In this document: positions 25,591 to 42,109 of the stretch, piece by piece
Position numbering within the stretch: position 1 is the stretch's first letter
How the letters are laid out: every line of letters begins with the position of its first letter
NCBI RefSeq assembly: GCF_009914755.1
Contig: NC_060928.1
DNA: 64,000 nt
Strand: one strand, 5' to 3'
Source: the human T2T-CHM13v2.0 reference genome, Homo sapiens
Program-made: the position numbers and the translations under genes
Notes under the pieces: model-generated
The model's input: only the letters and a program-made list of their open reading frames with translations
The model's database searches: none
What the model was told of the DNA's origin: nothing

Positions 25591-28046
25591 ATCATTTATC
25601 TAGTTCAGTGAATAAGTGTGGTAGAAGTTAAAACAGAAAAAAATGCTATTATTTCTAAAATAATTTCCCCTTGGACTGCATTTGCTAAATTAGCAAGTGA
25701 TTAAATTAATCCTAGTTTGTATTATTTGCTGAAATGTGTGTGTTTCCTGGCATAGCCTAAGAAGAAAATGTATCTACACTCTCATTTTGTAGAACTCTGA
25801 GAGGACCATCCAGTCATTGCTGACAAAGCCCAGTCCTACATATCATCATAGTACATGAGGGGCATGTACAGTTAATGTGAAAAATAAGCTCAATTGTCCT
25901 GATATGTTGCAGTCCAAAACTTCATTTATGAGTCATTTATTTAGAACTCAGAACACTCTTGCCCATAGAAACAATATTATAATGTTTCCAGGCAAACAAC
26001 AAAAACCCATTTAACCCCAAAATATAACTGACTGATATCAGTAGTCAGTTGGGAGACGACTTCTTCCTCATTGCTTGGATTTCCTTCTCCCTTTATGCTT
26101 TCTCTTCCTTGTTTGCCCTTTTCAGAGGAAGAGGAGGGCTAGTTGATTAAATTTTATTGGGCCTCCTTTCCTAAGTGGGCAGAATTGCTGTATTGAAAGG
26201 CTGTGAGGACCTGCCACTATCTTTCAGGTCTGTGTCCTCCCACACAACGTTTGTCTTCATGGACTTGGAGTCTGCTCTGCACTTTCTCTCTCTCTGTCTC
26301 TCTCTGTCTCTTTCTCTCTCTCTTCCACCCTCCCTCCCTCTCCTTCCTTCCCAGACATACCTGAGCCTATGGTTCCCATGATTCATATTTGCAAAGAAAA
26401 TTCTACTGTAGTCTCAGGCCTAAGACGAATTCTCCATCTCAAAATACTGAAAATCCTTTATTCAGGGAGTTGTGCAGATTTTTAATAAATCAATGCTTAA
26501 TGTCTCTCATTTGGCTGGTGATCTTTTGCTGGATGCAGCATCAGTTTGAATGCTGGAGGGATCAGGGGTAACCAGCATTTAGAATTCCTAAGACTCTTCT
26601 TGGGAGGCTGAGGCAAGAGGACTCCTTGAGCCCGGGATTGCAAGACCAGCCTGAGTAACATGGCAAGACCCCATCTCAGAAAAGAAAAAAAAATTCCTAA
26701 GACTCATTCCTCTTCTGTTCATGATTTCTTTGGGAAAAATTTTTCCTATGTTCCAACTGTGGAAGACTGGATACACCTTGAATGCAACCTTCTTTCATGT
26801 CTTCAAGGTAAGACTCTCATTTCGCAATGACTTATCTTTTGGAAGAATCTCTAGTTCTTTCATGGAAAAGTAATGGTCATGTTTTGTTAGAAGAAAAGTT
26901 GATTTTGAAGAAACTAAGGCAGTAGAAACCATGTGCATGTTCCATTTCTTTGAAAATTCCATAAACGTGCATTAACTTATTCAGTTCAGAGCTCAGAGAT
27001 TAAACTTTTCTCTAACATTGGGATATAAATTTATTCTGATATAAACTCTCAACATTACCTTTCTGAGATAATTCTGAGGTTGTTCAGTAACATCAATTTT
27101 ACTAACTTTTTTCCTCAGTTAAAACTTTATAACTGTATTCATTTTGTCTCTCTCTCTCTCTCTTTTTTTTTTTTTTTTTTTTTTCAGAGAGAGAGAGATG
27201 GGGCCTTGCTATGTTGTCCAAGCTGTCCTCGAACTCATGGGCTCAAGCAATCCTCATGTGGCTTATCTCACAGTTTTAAAAACCAAAGTATTCAATATAG
27301 ACATGTAGTCTCCCTGTTTATCACTAGAATTTTCTTTTTCAATTCTGAAAGCAATTTCCCTCCACAGTCTATGTCTCACATCCTAAAAGAGATCATGTAA
27401 ATTATCATTTGTTTCCCCACAAATTTTATAGTCAGCAAAATACATCATTGAAACCATGTATCTTAACTATAAAAATTTAATAAAATTTTTTAAACTTTGA
27501 GATTTTCCAGCCTTCCTTTAATATAACTGGTACTTAAAAATGAATATAGATCTATATATCACATCTTACATATAGTTCAAATACTTTTTAAGACTTCACC
27601 TTCAGATAATAGTGGCTTGAACCATGGGCTTACAAATTGAGACCACCACGTGAATCAATTCTGTGTATCTACTACCAAAACCACTTTTAATATTCTCTCA
27701 GAAATGCATGCTCTTACACGTTGTTGAGTGGCTCAGGGCTAACTGCCACTCACTCTGGGCCAATGGAAGCCTCCACCCCTAGCCAGGCCAGTTGCACAGG
27801 TGCTGGCTCTTCTTAGAGGTAGGTAGAGATGGGAGGCTCTGGTGCAGTAGAAGGCCGACTTCTCCTGTGTGGAAGAAGTTCCCCTGCTCTGCTGTGGGAG
27901 AGCATAAGTGTTCTGAGAGAAGCAGGGGCAAGAGAGGAAAGGGGAAAACACTAGGAGAATTTGATCTTAGCTCCACGTACCCAAAGGCCAGATACATCAC
28001 TGCCCCTGCCACAGTTACATTCTCTTTAAAACACATCAAGACACTC

Positions 28047-28373
28047 CTTTCCCTTCCTTCCTTCCTTCCTTCCTTCCTTCCTTTCTTTCTTTCTTTTCTC
28101 TCTTTCTCTCTTTTTTTTCTTTCCTTTTTTTTTTTTGTTTACAAGGTCCTGCTCTTTTGCCCAGGCTGGAGTACAGCGGGGCAATCATGGCTTACTGAAG
28201 CCTTGACCTCTCTGGCTCAAGTGATCCTCCCACATCAGCCTCCCGAGTAGCTGGGACCACAGGCACAGGCCACCATACCTGGCTAATTTTTCTATTTTTA
28301 GTAGAGACAGCATTTCACCATATTGCCCAAGCTGTCTTGAACTCCTGGGCTCAAGTGATCCACCTGCCTCAGC
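28047..28373 (-). mobile_element. AluJ with (CCTT/CTTT)n simple-repeat tail
   Basis: Antisense Alu at 28110-28373 preceded by a pyrimidine microsatellite. Confidence 0.88.
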
Positions 28374-28769
28374 AAGATACCCCTTTCTTTGAATTACAGA
28401 AATGGGGATGTGTCTGACCCTGATCACTACTTTTGGCCACTTCATGAGCTCTCCTATGAGAGAGCTACCAGCTGTTAGGAGGCCAGGAAGGAGGGTCCCA
28501 GGTACAGGCCAAAATCCCCTAGAGTCCCTGGACACCAGCATACACACTTTCGAGATGCCCACCCTCTTAAGCTTTGGAGGAGATGGGGATAACACCCTGG
28601 CCCTAGCACTGCTCAACTTTCACCTGACATATATGGTATATTTCTTTTAGAAATCATAGCAAAAGTCATAACAGTAGTAGTAATTTATAAATCATAGTAA
28701 AATTTTTTTAAATGTCTTCTAAAATTTGGGATGTAGTATTATAAATATAAAAAAACTGTCACTAACAGT

Positions 28770-28950
28770 AAATTTCAAATATCTCATCATAAAAAATGAT
28801 AGGTAATCAAGGTGATGGATATGTTAATTAGCTTGATTTAATCATTGCCACCTTCTATACAAGCTGTATAACAAAACATCACATTGTGCCCCGTACATGT
28901 ATAAAATTATAATTTGTCCATTAAAAATGATATTAATAATAATTTTTAAA
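28770..28950 (+). mobile_element. L1MA 3' fragment
   Basis: GGTGATGGATATGTTAATTAGCTTGATTTAATCATT...AACATCACATTGT. Confidence 0.7.
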
Positions 28951-29759
28951 AATCATACAGCAAGTCAAAAAGCTGTCAATTAATAAATATGTTAATATTG
29001 AACTAAGGCTCATTGTTATAACTATCAACGGTATTAACGAACAATGATAAAGCATGTAAAATACTTTGTCCTTTGAGGTTACAAGGATGAAAAAAGCATG
29101 TGCCTAAGAAAGCAAAACAACACCAAGAAACTGAAGATGCAAACGATTTGTTTTATGAGTGTCTGTGTAGACGTGTGTGTGTGTATATATATATACTAAT
29201 ATACATATAATAATCAACAAAAACGTAACATAGGGACGATATTACAAACATACAATTCCTTTTTAGTGTCTGAGCGCTAAAGAAAGGTAGATCTTTATGT
29301 TAACATCTTGATTGACATAACTTTGAGGAAGAATTTTGCCTAACTGCTTACAGGGTTTTGTGATTTTGGTCCATTTATGTAGGAAATTCCCTTCAGGACT
29401 TATAATGGCAGAGTTTACTCAGTGTTTCTAAAAAATTATTAGAAGTTATGAGAAATAAAGAAACTTGATAAATGAACACTAAGAAATGATAGATGGGAGC
29501 TAAAAACATAGACTACAGGACAACTATGTTGCAATAATACAAATTAGGGGTTTCACTCTTGCTGGATAACTACCTTAATTCTCTGTCTCACTCTGATCCC
29601 CTAATAAAGAAGTTTATGATGACATGGATTCTAATAGGTTACTCAGTGACTTTGAAAGAAATGTCTTAATAATGATCATAATAAAAAGTGTCTCAATTTA
29701 ATTGCTAGCTATAAAAATGATGGATTTTTGCAATTACATTTGTGCATATATATATATTC

Positions 29760-30118
<359 letters not shown>

Positions 30119-31672
30119 TAGAAATTGAGATGTGGCTGAAAAAAGCCAAACAGCTTGATATATAAAAGTGCTCAAGTTTTTATCAGTTTTCCTCTGAAGG
30201 CTGCAACAACCTTAAACCTAAATCTTTTCATGGATATTATGTATACTGCCTAACTGCGGCGTAGGCACATCATCCCTCTGCCCTCAGAGTGGGGGACATT
30301 TTAGTGACTTCTTGATTTTTCATGCCAAAGGCGATGGTAGGTTATCCAAAAAAATCTTATTTGACCTTCCAATGCATATTACAATTGTATTTGACTATGA
30401 AAGAAATGCTCTAAAAATTCAGTCTTTGAAATTAAATAATAAAGATCTAAGGCAGGAGAAACTGGAAAGCCATTCAACTTCCCGTGTTGACTCCTACTCA
30501 GGAAACTTTCTTTTCCCAAGATAATGCAGGGAATCTGCATAGCACAACTGGGGCAGTATTTACTGGTCCATTGCTCAGAGAGCCCCATAAATGTAAGGAA
30601 TTATTCATATCCAGTTGCGCATTTTAGCTGTTAAGTATTTTTCCAGTTCTGCTGGGTTAGAGAGGTATCGTGTTACAGTGGAAAGAAAAAGGCATGGATA
30701 GACTGACAGTTATGGAAAGAAGACGGAGCAGGGGACAGTGAAGGGGAAATGGATTCGTTATGACACACAAATGTAAAATTCCCTAGTCAAGAACAGTACA
30801 GCATTTGTGCGTTTTTTTTTTTAATACGTAAAGGTATTGTTCAGTACTTTTCCATTAATTTTTCAAAGGTCTTGACCTCCTAATGAAAAATTTCTGACTA
30901 AAAGGGGTTTTCCTCACCACTCAGTTCCTTCTTCTGCTAGGTCCTACAGTGAATCAATATCTCGTATTTGGTCCTTCAGACAGTTGCCACGGAAATGAGA
31001 GCTGCAAACACTTTCAGCTTTCTGGCTTCACTGTGGGATCCAGCATAGAACATGATTGAGCTGTCAGAGAACCTCCTGAAGGAAAGTTGTACCTGATAAG
31101 TAAGAGTTTCCAGAAAAATGGTGACACATACAGGAAGAAAAATAGATTGTTTAACTCAGTCTGAAAAATCCCTTTTGATTCATAAACTGTCTACATGATT
31201 GAAACATACGAAACCATCTCTTTCTCTAAGCAGATTCTTCTCAATTCACATACAAGCACCTCAGGGGCAAATAAAACTTCTCTGTGTAGGCATGAGGAGG
31301 AATCACTTTAGCAGAAGGAAAATAAGGTGCTGTAGAAATGAGAAAGTGCTGTAGAAATGAGAACACAAAATGCTAACCTGGAGGAGAGAGGGTGGCAGAG
31401 TGAGTGAAAGAGAGGGCATCTGATGCCGTTTAAATCATTTTTAAGGAAAACTAAACATCCTGATTGGAAAAAAAAAAAAAAAGGAAGTCACTGTGGATGT
31501 CAAAGAACACACAGGCTTTCCACAACTGGAATCACAGACAATTTGGAGCTTGATGGGCTCCACTGCAATAGACTTGAAACTTCATTTGTGTCATTTGGTC
31601 CCAGCAAATGGAACCTGGCTTTTCTGGGAAAGAATTCCAGCTGCCAGTTTGAATCCACTGAGTAGTTCTATC

Positions 31673-33723
31673 CAGTGCCAATTATAATCTTGAAAGATGC
31701 AGTCCCCAAATCCCCAAAATCACAACTACAAAAGATTAAAATCCTGAATGCTGAATTCTGGGACAGGATTAGTGTGTTTTCATTGCATGCTGGATAGTTG
31801 TATCATGTTAGTTGTATCAAGTTAGTCAAAACGATTACCTTGCTGTCTTTATTTGGAAATTAAATGTGGTTTAAGGAGATGCATATGAATGACAAAGGGT
31901 GGACTTGTGTACTGCCTACAAACCTGGTAAAGCATTATTTTGGATGTGTCTGTAAGGGCTTTTTCAGAGGAGATTATTGTGTGAGTCTGAGTGGATTAAC
32001 CAGGTGTGGGGGAATCTGCTATCAATGTTGAAGGACACCATCCAATCAGCTGAAGGCCAGGAGAGAGAAGAAACACATAAGGCAAATTGGTCTCTCTCTC
32101 AGAGCTGGGGTAGACCTTCTGCTGCCTTGGACACCAGAACTCCAGGTTCACCAGTCTTTGGACTCAGGACTTTGACCAGCAGTCTCCTAGGTGCTGAGGC
32201 TTCCAGCCATGAACTAGGTTACAACCTCAGCTTTCCTGGTTCTGTGAACTTCAGACTTGGACTGAGCCAAGTCTCCAGCTTGCAGATGGCCTGTTGTGGA
32301 ACTTTTCAGCCTCCATAATTGTGTGAGCCCATCCTACTGATAAGGCTCCTTCCTCTATCTATACACATATCCTATTGGTTCTGTCTCTCTGGAGAACCTT
32401 GACTAAAATAGATTTGATATTAAGGAAGCCAAATGTCATTCCTCCTTACTTTATTACTTGCAGCATAATGGGAGAGATCTGTGAAACTGTTCCCTCACAA
32501 AAGGCTATGATGGTCTAAGCATATGAGGCCTCTTAACAGTGAAAGATAAAACTTTAAAAGCTAATTACTATTGGCATTTTGAAAGCAGAAAATCACTTAA
32601 TTGCAATGGTTGAGCAATAACCAGTCTTTCGAATGGACTGCACATACTTACAAAATTTGTAGACCACAGTCACTCTTCAAGTACAAATGCAGTGAGTGTT
32701 TCAAAAATCATAGAAGTGAAAATGCAAACGAAAAATACAGAAATCTCCCCTGCCAAATTATTCAATCATATAAGACTTCTGCCCTTTCACATATAGTGCC
32801 AATTTCCTATGCTACATATCTCATCTTTGCTTCATTTCCAATACTGGAGGTATAAGTTGTGTAAAGACTTCTGTAGAGTTCTAATTTGTTTTATGCATTT
32901 TTTGCAAATTTGACTCTATGAAAGTGTGTTATCGGAACGTTGACTTTGTGTGTAAGCACTGTGTGTGTGTATGAAAATATCAAAACTTCCTTAATAAAGA
33001 TGTCCTTTCTGTACATCTGAATTTGTGAAAGATAAAATATCTCAAGATGTCAGCTACTTGGGCAACTGCATATGTGGTGGTGACTCACTGTGGTTTTTGA
33101 TGGGTCTCATTGAAACATGCAGGTTGTCCATCATAGTATTTCAGATGACTGCAGTTATAAAGCTGGGTGCACGCAGTTACCAATCATAGTGATATGTGTT
33201 TATACATTTCACTTTTCGACTTATTTATTAATGAATATGGTTTGTCTGCTCATAACTGTTATATATATGTGGCTATCATTAGAATACTTGAGTGCTTATG
33301 CTTGCGAAAATGTGTATGTTATTATTGCCTATTTTATGGTGTAAAGTGGCCAATGATGTGTTCTGTCATGTTTTTATATGTTTCTCAAATAAATTCCCTT
33401 TAAAATGTAAATAAATGTATTTTTAATTTTTTTTTTAATTATTTTTTCTACCTGGGTTTGGTGGCACATGCTGTAGTCCCACCCAGCTACTTGGGACGCT
33501 GAAGCAGGAGGATTACTTGAGCCCAGGAGTTCAAGGCTGCAATATGCTATGATTGTGCCTGTGAAGAGCCATTGCACTCCAGCCTGGGCAACAAGCAAGA
33601 CCCTATCTCTAAATAAATAAGTTTTTCTTCGAAATTACATATTTGGTATTTTGATCTTTCAGGATTTCAACATTTGGAATTAAGGCAATAGGGATTGTAT
33701 CTTTTGGGATTATGCCCCAACTC
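31673..33723 (+). mobile_element. Ricksha (MULE/MuDR) DNA transposon carrying a captured MLT2/HERV-L LTR (~31895-32410), with a later FRAM insertion (33452-33620)
   Basis: Degenerate TIRs (ATTATAATCTTGAAAGATGCAGTCCC / GGGATTGTATCTTTTGGGATTATG), degenerate 9-bp TSD AGTTCTATC/AACTCTATC, and internal PPT plus MLT2 sequence ending CCTATTGGTTCTGTCTCTCTGGAGAACCTTGACTAA. Confidence 0.8.
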
Positions 33724-33984
33724 AACTCTATCCTATGTCATTGACCTCTAGTGAGAGTCTATTGGATTGAGTAAGATCAGTGTTTTTCATGCTGGGATTA
33801 GAGAACAGATCACTCCTTGTGGTGTCATGGCTGTAAAAGATGAGATTTGATTGGCAGAAGCCAATATTTAGACAACTGCTTGGAAGACTTGCCAGATATT
33901 AGTGCAATGGGAAGGAGAAATTGCAATTTAAAAAGATTATACCCTTTTTCATTTGGGATTTTTAAGTTCTTCCAGGTAAAAATA

Positions 33985-34990
<1,006 letters not shown>

Positions 34991-36634
34991 AAGCATTATT
35001 TAGTACATGCTTATCATGACAATACATGTCTATCATGTTTTACATAGTTGAGGAAACAGAATTTTGGCTATTTTAATTAGTTAGGGCCACCCAACACCAG
35101 ATACCCGATGAGATTCTTTAACCTATAGTTCATGAAAAATAAATAAAGACTTGAAGGAGAATGACAAATTATTCTGAGGAATAATGGCTAAATACACAAC
35201 TTATGTGTGCATAATTTCATACTACACAGTTGGAGGCATGATACTAGATAATATTTACACACACACACGCAAACTACATGCTTAGCCAGCATAGATAAGA
35301 AAATGGTCTTTACACTTGCTCAAATTAGATTGCTGTCTTTTTCATTATCCAGGCTTTGTGAATTCTCTAGCATGTCCTAAACCATTCTCATCCATCACTT
35401 TCACCATCAGAGTCCTTATCTCTATTTGAAAAAAAAAAAAAAAAGCTCAGCCTCCTGCTTATCTGATTGTCCAAAATTCACTTAAAATCCTGCTTTGACA
35501 AGTAGTATTTCTAAGGATGTTCTTGACTTTCAACATGCTTTGTGGTTCTCTGACCGGGTGCCTGTTTGATATTCCCCTACCTGGTAGGTTGAAGGGGTGT
35601 TTTAACTCTGGTCTTTGGCAGGAAGAGTGCGTTTTCATTTGGGCTAGCAGTGAAAACATGAACGTTTGTGATTTCTTATCTTCCACCACGAAACACTCCT
35701 CGGGGCACAGCAGTTCAAGGGTGCTTTGTAAGTGATATCCTGGAATCACTACTTGCATTTGTAGATTTTTACATCATTTTATATTGTTTCATTTTTTATT
35801 TATCCATGATATACTTCCAAGAGAAGTAAAAGAAACCTACACATTTCCAATAAAAACACAGAAAGAAAAAATATAATACAGTGCACCTATTTTTTCCATC
35901 CGCTTAAAATTAATATAAAGAATCTTATCCCAGGACATAATTTACTTTGACTTGGGTCAAATTTTTTATATACAGTTTGTTCTTTTGTTTATGTCAGTTT
36001 TTCCCAAACTGACTTTTATACAACTGTTATTAACTCTTTTGTTAAGTGTGAAGAAAAAAAGTGTTTCAATGTCAAATAAACGGGTATAATTGGGGTTAGA
36101 CCAAATTCAATAAGTTTCACTTTTGAAGACTTTCTCAGAGGCTATATGTGGCTCTACATTAGAAACCCCAAGAGATGCTAAAGTATACAGTGTAACAACA
36201 CCCTCACTTCCTTTTCAATGTTGTATTATAGAATGCTTATTGATGTCACAGATTCTGTATTTTTTCATATTTAGGCAGATTATAGTTCAAATCCCTTGGA
36301 TTTATTGTTCAAATCCATTTTTATAATTAGCTTCCTAACCTCATTTTTAAATACAATTGAATTTTGTACTTCTTTTTATTTAAATTATGAAATTTACATT
36401 CATAAAAATTCAAATCACACAGAAGTATAGTGAATAAAAAGCAAACATTTTCACCCTCCCCAGAATCACATTCTCTTCCCTCAGAAGTAACCATTGACTA
36501 GAGTTTGGTGAGTCTCTTTTTAAGTCACTTTTATGCAAAACAATCAAGTTACTATTTCATATCATCTGAGGAAAACAACAGACATCTTCAAAATTGGATT
36601 AGAAAAAAAGTTGTAAAAGATATCTTCAAATTAT

Positions 36635-36862
36635 ATTTATATATACATATGTGTATATATACACATATGTATATATAAACATATGTATATATACACATAT
36701 GTATGTATACACACATGTGTGTATATGCACATACACATATGTATATACACACGTGTGTGTATATGCACATACACATATGTGTATATATACACATATGTGT
36801 ATGTGTGTGTATACATACACATATGTGTGTATATACACACACACGTGTGTGTGTATATATAT
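36635..36862. repeat. Complex alternating purine-pyrimidine microsatellite (TA/CA/TG mix)
   Basis: Repeating ACACATATGTGTATAT units; source of the spurious ORFs at 36588-36946. Confidence 0.95.
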
Positions 36863-37124
36863 AATTTCCCTGGTAATTCAATGGCTACATTTCAAATAGT
36901 GTCAGATTTGGTTTTAGGTGAAACTCCTGACTTTTCATTAACATAAGTGGTTACCAAGAAAATAAGTTGAAGAATATATAATTTCTTTACATTTTCCCCT
37001 AAATTATGCTAGATAAATTAAATCTTTAACTTTAGTCTTTCTTTAAACCCTTCACTAATTTATGTCAAACTATCAAAATAAGCATAAATCAAACCACACC
37101 CTCACTCACCGAACAGACAAGACC

Positions 37125-37143
37125 TCAACGCCCTCTAGTGGAG
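37125..37143 (-). promoter_or_regulatory. CTCF binding motif
   Basis: Minus strand reads CTCCACTAGAGGGCGTTG, a near-perfect match to the CTCF core CCACYAGRKGGCG, in apparently non-repeat sequence. Confidence 0.7.
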
Positions 37144-37644
37144 TGGCCTCCATGCTCCATTGTATGGGACCAACCCCTATTCCAGTGGGTAAGCCAAAGT
37201 GAATGAGCTCTTAATGAGGATGAGATTATAACTCGTCAAGGTTAGAATGGTACTCCCTCTTTCATTCATTTAACAAATAGCTAAACTTGCTTTAAAAGAA
37301 ATTAAGTTAAAATGAGCCATGACCAAGAAAACAAGAAAAAACTATGAGGGGAAATATCCACATATAAGATACCAAATAATAACTTTATCACTATAGAAAA
37401 TCAGTCTCTGATCTTCCAAGTATCTGTTTGTCTTGACTTCTTACTCTTGGCCACATCGCAACTCTTTACTACTGAATTTACAGAGATTTAAATCTATTCT
37501 TTCTTTTTTTTTAAGTGCTTAGCTTATGTTTGTCTTTAATTTCACTTCTCTGGATTTATCACTTTTCCTTAAGAATTACTTCACTCATTTTCCCAAACAA
37601 CCACAAAAAAAATCACCATTTAATTCACTTTTCTGCTTTTGTTT

Positions 37645-37990
<346 letters not shown>

Positions 37991-38014
37991 TAACTCCTAT
38001 TCCATGGCATAATG

Positions 38015-38280
38015 AGAGGTAGTAGAGGATCGTGGTTAAAAGCATAGAGTGTGGAGCCAGCAGGCCTGCTTTCAAAGCCCAGAAGAGCAATTTACTGTCC
38101 ATGTGATGTTGAGCTAGTCGTTTAAATCCTATGCATCTCAGTTTTCTCAACTGTAAAATCAGAATGATGATAATAGCATCCAATAGGCATTTGGCTTAAG
38201 TAAGAAAATCCATGTAGAGGAGGTAGAACAGTGCATAAAACATAGTAAGCACTCAATAACTGTTACTTGATATTACTACT
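38015..38280 (+). mobile_element. MIR
   Basis: GTGGTTAAAAGCATAGAGTGTGGAGCCAG...CTCAGTTTTCTCAACTGTAAAAT...ATAGTAAGCACTCAATAA. Confidence 0.85.
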
Positions 38281-38820
38281 TCATCAGAGTAAATAAAAAT
38301 AAGACACCAGGAATGAAAGATTTTAATCCAACCTTTCTTTTCAAAACCAAAGGCAAACTGTTCATTAGCCAAACCCCACCATTCCTTGTTTAAATGATTG
38401 CGATCACCTCCTACCTAGCCTTGTAGCCAGCAGTCTCTCCCATTCATCTACTGTCATCAGTCAGATTTATTTTCCTAAAAATAATATTAACATTTCTAGT
38501 TCAGGATATGATGAACTAACTTCCTGCTGCAAACAAGTATAAAAACTAATATATAAAACAACTGTGTGAAGAAACTGGAAATCACCCAATTCCTGCAGGG
38601 TTGGAAAGGACAGGCTACAATACTTGAGAGGAGAAGCACAGGCAGTGAACTCTACTCTCAACAGGACTTTTTCCCTGACGGCATTTCCAAATTCATAAAA
38701 TAGGGGAATAGATCCAAGCTGAAATTTTAATGGATTGAAGAGAAATAGATTGGAATCTGGGGCTGCTAAACTGGGCTAAGACTTGAGAGGAAAAAAATTA
38801 TAGAGAACAGGGATTCGATG

Positions 38821-38858
38821 TGAAATGAAATGAAATGAAATGAAATGAAATGAAATGA
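38821..38858. repeat. (TGAAA)n pentanucleotide repeat
   Basis: About 7.5 perfect units. Confidence 0.95.
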
Positions 38859-38912
38859 AAAAGGTCATCCAAGCCCCACCCCACTGCTCTTTTAGGTTCC
38901 CGACTCTGTCTT

Positions 38913-39216
38913 TATTTTCTTCTTTGTTTGTTTTGAGAGGGAGTCTCGCTCTGTCACCCAGGCTGGAGTGCAGTGGCACAATCTCGGCTCACTGCAACCT
39001 CTGCCTTCCCGGGTTCACGCCATTCTCCTGCCTCAGCCTCCCGAGTAGCTGGGACTACAGGCGCCCACCACCATGCCCGGCTAATTTTTTATATTTTTCG
39101 TAGAGACAGAGTTTCACCATGTTAGCCAGGATGGTCTCGATCTCCTGACCTCGTGATCCGCCCACCTCAGCCTCCCAAAGCACTGGGATTATAGGCGTGA
39201 GCCACCGCGCCTGGCC
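38913..39216 (-). mobile_element. AluY-like
   Basis: GGGTTCACGCCATTCTCCTGCC and GTTAGCCAGGATGGTCTCGATC are AluY-type diagnostics. Confidence 0.9.
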
Positions 39217-39242
39217 TCTCTTTAGTTTCATATGCCCAAGAC

Positions 39243-39772
39243 TGAGAGGTGAAGCCGGCTGGGCTTCTGGGTCAGGTGGGGACTTGGAGAACTTTTCTGT
39301 CTAGCTAAAAAATTGTAAACGCACCAATCAGTGCTCTGTGTCTAGCTAAAGGTTTGTAAATGCACCAATCAGCACTCTGTAAAATGGACTAATCAGCACT
39401 CTGTAAAATGGACCAATCAGCAGGACATGGGTGGGGCCAAATAAGGGAATAAAAGCTGGCCACCTGAGCCAGCAGCAGCAACCCACTCGGGTCGGCTTCC
39501 ACGTCGTGGAAGCTTTGTTCTTTTGCTCTTCACAATAAATCTTGCTGCTGCTCAGTCTTTGGGTCCACACTACCTTTATGAGTTGTAACACTCACCGTGA
39601 GGGTCTGCAGCTTCATTCCTGAAGTCAGCGAGACCATGAACCCACCAGGAGGAACAAACAACTCCGGACGCACCACCTTTAAGAGCTGTAACACTCACTG
39701 AGAAGGTCTGCGGCGTCACTCCTGAAGTCAGCGAGACCATGAACCCACTGGAAGGAACCAATTCCCGACACA
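39243..39772 (+). mobile_element. LTR12 (LTR12F-like, HERV9) solo LTR
   Basis: TGAGAGGTGAAGCCGGCTGGGC...CCGACACA with perfect 4-bp TSD AGAC; tandem CCAATCAG boxes and AATAAAAG TATA variant. Confidence 0.9.
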
Positions 39773-39799
39773 AGACTATGGAAAAACCTAGCAGAAAAC

Positions 39800-41540
<1,741 letters not shown>

Positions 41541-41549
41541 AAGATGCAT

Positions 41550-42040
41550 GTAATATTCTATTGTTTAAATAGCCACCACAAAACTTACTGGTCTAAAACA
41601 ATCACAGCATTTATTTTATTCATGAATCTACAATTTAGGCAGGGTTTAGTGGGAGCAGATTGTCTATTATGCCCTACTCAGCATTAGCTAGGATGACTCA
41701 AAGGCTTGCTAACTTGTCTGTTTGGTAGTTGATGCTAGCTCTTGGCTGGAATCTCCATGGCACTATGTCCAGAACACCAAAATGTGGTCTTTCTATATAG
41801 CTCCCTGACTTGGGATGGTGGCTAGGTTCCAAGGCTGGGTGCCAGGCTAGAGAGCCAGGCAGAAACTATATCTCCTTTTCTAACCTATCCTCAGAAGTCA
41901 TATAGTGTCACCTTTACCACATTTTATTGGTTAAAAGCAAGTCACTGAAGACATCCATATTCAAGGGGAGGGAAATTAAGCCTCTACCTGTTGATGAGAG
42001 GAATGTCAAATAACTTGTGGACATGCTTTAAAAACAGAGT
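41550..42040 (-). mobile_element. MLT1 LTR
   Basis: AATTTAGGCAGGGTTTAGTGGG...CCTATCCTCAGAAGTCATATAGTGTCAC...GAGAGGAATGTCAAA (antisense MLT1). Confidence 0.7.
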
Positions 42041-42109
42041 TTCAACAAATTTCAAAGAGTTGTTTTTAGATCAAATTCTCTGACAACAATGCAATTCAGT
42101 TACAAATCA

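Noticed and set aside
36588-36946. Five overlapping Y/I/H/T/C/V-rich ORFs
   Set aside because: Artefacts of the dinucleotide repeat tract.
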